NCBI RefSeq assembly: GCF_000027125.1
Contig: NC_017626.1
Source: Escherichia coli 042
GTDB lineage: Bacteria; Pseudomonadota; Gammaproteobacteria; Enterobacterales; Enterobacteriaceae
DNA length: 64,000 bases
Reading direction: 5' to 3' (one strand)
The notes below the pieces were generated by a model. That model searched no databases, was not told the origin of the DNA, and saw only the letters and a program-made list of their open reading frames with translations. The translations under genes and the position numbers were made by a program. Below, piece after piece: positions 58,599 to 64,000 of this stretch; positions within the stretch are counted from its first letter, which is position 1, and every line of letters begins with the position of its first letter.

Positions 58599-59417
58599 AT
58601 GCGACTAGCCAGTCGTTTTGGTTATGCGAACCAGATACGCCGTGACCGTCCGCTGACACACGAAGAACTGATGCACTATGTTCCCAGTATTTTCGGTGAA
58701 GACCGGCATACTTCCCGCAGTAAACGATATGCGTACATTCCCACCATCACCGTACTGGAAAGCCTGCAGCAGGAAGGTTTTCAGCCATTCTTCGCCTGCC
58801 AGACCCGCGTGCGCGACCCGGGCCGCCGGGGATACACAAAACACATGCTGCGTCTGCGGCGGGCCGGAGAGATAAACGGAGAACATGTCCCTGAAATTAT
58901 TCTGCTCAACTCTCATGACGGTACCTCCAGCTACCAGATGCTGCCGGGTTACTTCAGATTCGTCTGCCAGAATGGCTGCGTCTGCGGTCAGTCTCTGGGG
59001 GAAGTGCGTGTTCCACACCGGGGAAATGTGGTGGAGAAAGTTATCGAAGGGGCTTACGAAGTGGTGGGGGTTTTTGACCGGATTGAGGAAAAGCGTGATG
59101 CCATGCAGTCGCTGGTCCTGCCGCCACCGGCACGCCAGGCGCTGGCACAGGCGGCACTGACTTACCGTTATGGTGACGAACATCAGCCAGTCACCACCGC
59201 TGACATTCTGACGCCACGACGCCGGGAGGATTACGGTAAGGACCTGTGGAGTACTTATCAGACCATCCAGGAGAATATGCTGAAAGGCGGGATTTCCGGC
59301 CGCAGTGCAAAAGGAAAACGTATCCACACCCGTGCCATTCACAACATCGACACCGATATTAAGCTCAACCGCGCATTGTGGGTAATGGCAGAAACGCTGC
59401 TGGAGAGCCTGCGCTGA
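58599..59417 (+). CDS. DUF932-family protein (YafZ/YfjQ-like)
   Basis: 272 aa MRLASRFGYANQIRRDRPLTHEELMHYVPSIFGEDRH...; position between flu and antirestriction gene. Confidence 0.6.
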   Translation: MRLASRFGYANQIRRDRPLTHEELMHYVPSIFGEDRHTSRSKRYAYIPTITVLESLQQEGFQPFFACQTRVRDPGRRGYTKHMLRLRRAGEINGEHVPEIILLNSHDGTSSYQMLPGYFRFVCQNGCVCGQSLGEVRVPHRGNVVEKVIEGAYEVVGVFDRIEEKRDAMQSLVLPPPARQALAQAALTYRYGDEHQPVTTADILTPRRREDYGKDLWSTYQTIQENMLKGGISGRSAKGKRIHTRAIHNIDTDIKLNRALWVMAETLLESLR

Positions 59418-59758
59418 TGCAGCATGTCCCTGAAGGCGTGATTCAGGCACCAGAATCACCCGACGCCCCGGAGGCGCTGCCGGGGTGTCGTTCCATTTCT
59501 GATGATGACCTGTGCGCCTGGTGTACCCGTCTGCTTTACCGTCCCGGAGAAATCAGTCTGTGCAGACTGAGTATACAGGCAATGGCATCTGGCCATCCGT
59601 CTGTGACCGGAACGGTTACGCGTACGGCTGTCCGGAATTTCAGCCGAATATCATTCATCCCTGATATTACCGGGTCATCACGGTCAGTGATGAACGTGAT
59701 GTTGCCAGGTCCCGACCTTTACTCCCTCTCATTTATTCACATTACAAGGATTTCATAC

Positions 59759-60232
59759 ATGAAAACATTGTCTCAGAACACCACCTCTTCGGCCTGTGCA
59801 CCGGAGACTGACCTGCAACAACTGGTTGCCACCCTCGTCCCTGATGAACAGCGCATCAGCTTCTGGCCGCAGCACTTTGGCCTCATTCCACAGTGGGTGA
59901 CCCTGGAGCCCCGTGTCTTCGGCTGGATGGACCGTCTGTGCGAAGACTACTGCGGTGGTATCTGGAATCTGTACACCCTGAACAACGGCGGGGCATTTAT
60001 GGCACCCGAACCGGATGACGATGATGACGAAACATGGGTACTGTTCAATGCCATGAACGGTAACCGCGCTGAAATGAGTCCGGAAGCTGCCGGCATTGCT
60101 GCCTGTCTGATGACGTACAGTCATCATGCCTGTCGTACGGAGTGTTATGCCATGACGGTCCATTATTACCGGCTGCGGGATTACGCCCTGCAGCATCCGG
60201 AATGCAGCGCCATTATGCGCATCATCGACTGA
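59759..60232 (+). CDS. Antirestriction protein (KlcA/ArdB-like; YfjX/YafX-type)
   Basis: MKTLSQNTTSSACAPETDLQQLVATLVPDEQRISFWPQHFGLIPQWV...; start at ATG 59759 within the supplied longer ORF. Confidence 0.7.
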   Translation: MKTLSQNTTSSACAPETDLQQLVATLVPDEQRISFWPQHFGLIPQWVTLEPRVFGWMDRLCEDYCGGIWNLYTLNNGGAFMAPEPDDDDDETWVLFNAMNGNRAEMSPEAAGIAACLMTYSHHACRTECYAMTVHYYRLRDYALQHPECSAIMRIID

Positions 60233-60724
60233 ATGGAGAGAAGTACAATGCAACAGCTTTCCTTTCTGCCCGGAGAGATGACGCCCGGCGAGCGCAGCCT
60301 CATTCAACGGGCCCTGAAAACCCTGGACCGCCATCTTCATGAACCCGGCGTGGCCTTCACCTCCACCCGTGCGGCACGAGAATGGCTGATTCTGAACATG
60401 GCGGGACTGGAGCGTGAAGAGTTCCGGGTGCTGTATCTGAACAACCAGAATCAGCTGATTGCCGGTGAAACCCTCTTCACCGGCACCATCAACCGCACGG
60501 AAGTCCATCCCCGTGAAGTGATTAAACGCGCCCTGTATCACAATGCCGCTGCTGTGGTGCTGGCACACAATCACCCGTCCGGTGAAGTCACACCCAGCAA
60601 GGCAGACCGCCTTATCACGGAACGTCTGGTACAGGCACTGGGCCTGGTGGATATCCGGGTGCCGGACCATCTGATAGTCGGTGGCAGCCAGGTTTTCTCC
60701 TTTGCCGAACATGGTCTGCTTTAA
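60233..60724 (+). CDS. yeeS: RadC-like JAB-domain protein
   Basis: ...HNHPSGEVTPSKADRLITERL JAMM-like motif; start may be the internal ATG at 60248. Confidence 0.8.
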   Translation: MERSTMQQLSFLPGEMTPGERSLIQRALKTLDRHLHEPGVAFTSTRAAREWLILNMAGLEREEFRVLYLNNQNQLIAGETLFTGTINRTEVHPREVIKRALYHNAAAVVLAHNHPSGEVTPSKADRLITERLVQALGLVDIRVPDHLIVGGSQVFSFAEHGLL

Positions 60725-60786
60725 CCCGTCACAACCACATCACACCTGTTTTCACTTTTATCTTCTGTCTTCAGAGGTATCCCACC

Positions 60787-61008
60787 ATGAAAATCATCAC
60801 CCGTGGCGAAGCCATGCATATTCACCGTCAGCATCCGGCATCCCGTCTTTTTCCGTTCTGTACCGGCAAATACCGCTGGCACGGCAGTGCTGAAGCGTAT
60901 ACCGGTCGTGAAGTGCAGGATATTCCCGGTGTGCTGGCCGTGTTTGCAGAACGCCGTAAGGACAGTTTTGGTCCGTATGTCCGGCTGATGAGCGTCACCC
61001 TGAACTGA
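60787..61008 (+). CDS. yeeT: DUF987 protein YeeT-like
   Basis: 73 aa MKIITRGEAMHIHRQHPASRLFPFCTGKYRWHGSAEAYTGREVQDIPGVLAVFAERRKDSFGPYVRLMSVTLN. Confidence 0.85.
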   Translation: MKIITRGEAMHIHRQHPASRLFPFCTGKYRWHGSAEAYTGREVQDIPGVLAVFAERRKDSFGPYVRLMSVTLN

Positions 61009-61170
61009 TGTTCCGTCACCCGGAAAACGAGTACGACTGGCTGAGCTCAGACGCCGCTGTGGATGAGGTCCTGCTCATCAACGAATACACCTTTACCGAA
61101 GCCGGTCTGCGCGCCGGCTGACCCGTCATCGTTAAACTATCATTCACCGATTTTCTGTGAGGATTTTATC

Positions 61171-61539
61171 GTGTCAGACACACTTTCCGGGACAACGCAT
61201 CCCGATGACAATGACGACCATCCCTGGTGGGGACTACCCTGCACAGTGACGCCCTGTTTCGGCGCCCGTCTGGTGCAGGAGGGTAACCGGTTGCATTACC
61301 TTGCCGACCGTGCCGGTATCAGAGGCCGGTTCAGAGATGCGGATGCGTACCCTCTGGACCAGGCCTTTCCGCTGCTGATGAAACAACTGGAATTAATGCT
61401 CACCAGTGGTGAACTGAATCCCCGCCATCAGCATACCGTGACACTGTATGCGAAGGGGCTGACCTGTGAAGCCGACACCCTCGGCTCCTGTGGTTACGTT
61501 TATCTGGCTGTTTATCCGACACCTGAAACGAAAAAGTAA
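61171..61539 (+). CDS. cbeA: Type IV antitoxin CbeA (YeeU-like)
   Basis: GTG start at 61171 after [55 protein letters not shown]... Confidence 0.85.
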   Translation: MSDTLSGTTHPDDNDDHPWWGLPCTVTPCFGARLVQEGNRLHYLADRAGIRGRFRDADAYPLDQAFPLLMKQLELMLTSGELNPRHQHTVTLYAKGLTCEADTLGSCGYVYLAVYPTPETKK

Positions 61540-61628
61540 ACCACCGGAATAACCTTCTGCTCCGGCCTGGTGTTTTCACCACGCCACTGTCCCATTTTTT
61601 ATCTCTGCATATCAGGAAAATCTTCAGT

Positions 61629-62003
61629 ATGAAAACATTACCCGACACGCATGTACGGGAGGTATCGTGCTGCCCGTCTCCCGTCACCATCTGGCAGACA
61701 CAGCTCACCCGACTGCTGGACCAGCACTACGGCCTTACGCTGAATGACACACCGTTCGTGGATGAACGTGTGATTGAGCAGCATATTGAGGCAGGCATTT
61801 CACTGTGTGACGCGGTGAACTTTCTCGTTGAAAAATACGCGCTGGTACGTACCGACCAGTCGGGATTCAGCGCAGGAGCCTCGTCGCAGTTAATCAACAG
61901 CATTGATATTCTCCGGGCTCGCCGGGCAACAGGCCTGATGACCCGCCACAACTACAGAACGGTGAACAATATCACCCTGGGTAAGTATCCGGAGGCGAAA
62001 TGA
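61629..62003 (+). CDS. cbtA: Toxin CbtA (YeeV-like)
   Basis: 124 aa ...[49 protein letters not shown]...; 4-bp overlap with downstream yeeW-like gene. Confidence 0.85.
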   Translation: MKTLPDTHVREVSCCPSPVTIWQTQLTRLLDQHYGLTLNDTPFVDERVIEQHIEAGISLCDAVNFLVEKYALVRTDQSGFSAGASSQLINSIDILRARRATGLMTRHNYRTVNNITLGKYPEAK

Positions 62004-62131
62004 TGAAACTGGCCCTGACACTGGAAGCCGACAGTGTTAACGTACAGGCACTGAATATGGGGCGAATTGTCGTTGACATTGATGGTGTTAATCTCGCTGA
62101 ACTGATTAACATGGTCTGCGATAACGGCTAC
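62000..62131 (+). pseudogene. yeeW: yeeW-like gene, N-terminal part (split by IS2)
   Basis: [44 protein letters not shown] then IS2; rejoins in-frame with 63463-63827. Confidence 0.7.
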
Positions 62132-62142
62132 TGGATTTGCCC

Positions 62143-63048
62143 CTATATTTCCAGACACCTGTTATCACTTAACCCATTACTGGCTTGCTGCCGTAGATAT
62201 TCCCGTGGCGAGCGATAACCCAGTGCACTATGCGGATGCCATTCGTTATAATGCTCGAACGCCTCTGCAAGGTTCTTTGCTGCCGTTAACCCGTCTGGTT
62301 TGGGCATGACACTGATGTAGTCACGCTTTATCGTTTTCACGAAGCTCTCTGCTATGCCGTTACTCTCCGGACTCCGCACCGCCGTGTTCTTCGGTTCAGG
62401 CCCCAACATCCGGGCAAACTGCCGTGTTTCATTAGCCCGGTAGCATGAACCATTATCCGTCAGCCACTCTACTGGAGACGCCGGAAGCTCGTTGCCGAAA
62501 CGGCGTTCCACCGCTCCCAGCATGACGTCCTGTACTGTTTCACTGTTGAAGCCGCCCGTAGTGACCGCCCAGTGCAGTGCCTCACGGTCACAGCAGTCCA
62601 GCGCGAACGTGACTCGCAGTTTTTCTCCGTTATCACAGCGGAACTCGAACCCGTCAGAGCACCATCGCTGATTACTTTCTTTCACAGCCACTCTGCCGGT
62701 ATGTGCCCGTTTCGATGGCGGTACAGCGGGTTTTCGCTCAAGCAACAGCGCATTCTGGCGCATGATCCGGTAAATACGTTTGGCATTGATCGCAGGCATA
62801 CCATCAAGTTCGGCCTGTCTACGAAGCAGCGCCCATACCCGACGATAACCATATGTGGGCAGCTCTCCGATAACATGGTGTATACGGAGAAGCACATCCG
62901 TATCATCTGAGTGACGGCTGCGGCGACCATCTTTCCAGTCATCGGTTCGTCTGAGAATGACGTGCAACTGCGCACGCGACACCCGGAGACAACGGCTGAC
63001 TAAGCTTACTCCCCATCCCCGGGCAATAAGGGCGCGTGCGCTATCCAC
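62143..63048 (-). CDS. insD: IS2 transposase OrfB (InsD, 301 aa)
   Basis: Full-length DDE transposase ending ...RCLEI. Confidence 0.9.
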
Positions 63049-63371
63049 TTTTTTGCACGCCCATATTCAACGGCTTCTTTAAGGAGTTCATTTTCCATCG
63101 TTTTTTTGCCGAGCAGGCGCTGGAGTTCTTTAATCTGCTTCATGGCGGCAGCAAGTTCAGAGGCAGGAACGACCTGTTCTCCTGCGGCCACAGCAGTAAG
63201 ACTTCCCTCCTGGTATTGCTTGCGCCAGAGAAATAACTGGCTGGCTGCCACACCGTGTTGCCGGGCAACAAGGGAGACTGTCATTCCCGGTTCAAAACTC
63301 TGCTGAACAATAGCGATCTTTTCCTGTGTAGTACGCCGTCTGCGTTTCTCCGGTCCTAAGACATCAATCAT
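63006..63371 (-). CDS. insC: IS2 transposase OrfA (InsC)
   Basis: [18 protein letters not shown]... Confidence 0.9.
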
Positions 63372-63462
63372 CTGCTCTCCAATGACTAGTCTAAAAACTA
63401 GTATTAAGACTATCACTTAAATAAGTGATATTGGTTGTTTGGAGATTCAGGGGGCCAGTCTA

Positions 63463-63827
63463 GCTACTCCCTTCGTGTTGTTGATGAATCTGACCGGACC
63501 TCAGCAGACTGCACGCCACCATTTGTTGCCCTTACCGGCATACGCTGCAGTACCGCACATATCACGGAAACGGACAACGCCTGGCTGTACTCGCTGTCAC
63601 ACCAGACCAGTGACTTCGGTGAATCAGAATGGATTCATTTTACCGGTACCGGTTATCTGTTACGTACCGATGCGTGGTCATACCCGGTTCTGCGGCTTAA
63701 GCGCCTGGGGCTGTCAAAAACGTTCCGTCGTCTGGTCGTCACACTCATCCGGCGTTATGGTGTCAGTCTCATTCATCTGGATGCCAGTGCCGGATATCTG
63801 CCGGGTTTACCCACTTTCGACTGGTAA
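63463..63827 (+). pseudogene. yeeW: yeeW-like gene, C-terminal part (split by IS2)
   Basis: SLRVVDESDRTSADCTPPFVALTGIR... continues the frame of 62000-62131 after removal of IS2 and one GCTAC copy. Confidence 0.65.
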
Positions 63828-63843
63828 TCCGGAAATTCACAAC

Positions 63844-64000
63844 ATGAAATCATTAACCACGGAAACAGCGCTGGATATTCTGATTACGTGGCTGCAGGAC
63901 AATATCGACTGCGAATCGGGAATTATCTTCGACAACGATGAGGATAAAACAGGTTCGGCAGCACTGTTGCGCTGTATCGAACAGGCCAGGGAGGGTATCC
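63844..64000 (+). CDS. Hypothetical protein, 5' part (continues past window end)
   Basis: ATG at 63844; MKSLTTETALDILITWLQDNIDCESGIIFDNDEDKTGSAALLRCIEQAREG... Confidence 0.4.
   Translation, partial: MKSLTTETALDILITWLQDNIDCESGIIFDNDEDKTGSAALLRCIEQAREGI

Larger units (their letters stand above)
62132..63462 (-). mobile_element. IS2, copy 2 (1331 bp, intact, inverted relative to copy 1)
   Basis: IRR tggatttgcccctatatttccag at 62132; IRL (reverse complement) ends at 63462; 5-bp direct repeat GCTAC at 62127-62131 and 63463-63467. Confidence 0.9.

Overview
Enterobacterial (E. coli-like) accessory region: a mosaic genomic island rich in insertion sequences, not core chromosome. Calls are from reading the six-frame translations and sequence by eye; no searches were run, so family names are recollection-based and coordinates of IS ends are approximate to a few bp. 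From start to end: (1) an AT-rich three-gene minus-strand module (296-aa protein, 1114-aa P-loop NTPase, PAPS-reductase-like PP-loop protein running off the window start), which I consider the best candidate for an uncharacterised DNA-modification/defence-type system; (2) a LacI-family regulator with an orphan ascorbate-type PTS (EIIA/EIIB/EIIC); (3) IS66-family and IS2-like scars; (4) a deoQ-deoK-deoP-deoX deoxyribose operon; (5) IS2 carrying a nested IS66-family element; (6) a TetR-family gene split by IS100, beside a membrane protein and a BCCT transporter; (7) an IS3-family element; (8) the shf-capU-virK-msbB2 locus; (9) a degenerate IS911; (10) the complete fecIRABCDE ferric citrate operon bounded by IS1; (11) an AT-rich block with a secreted phytase-like protein; (12) a second IS66-family element; (13) a CP4-44/CP4-57-type prophage-like island segment (Cys-rich tandem paralogs, alpA, unknown cargo genes, yeeP-like GTPase, antigen 43 with its three-GATC switch, DUF932, antirestriction, radC-like, yeeT, cbeA/cbtA, yeeW split by a second IS2). 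No rRNA or CRISPR array seen; tRNAs cannot be excluded by eye.
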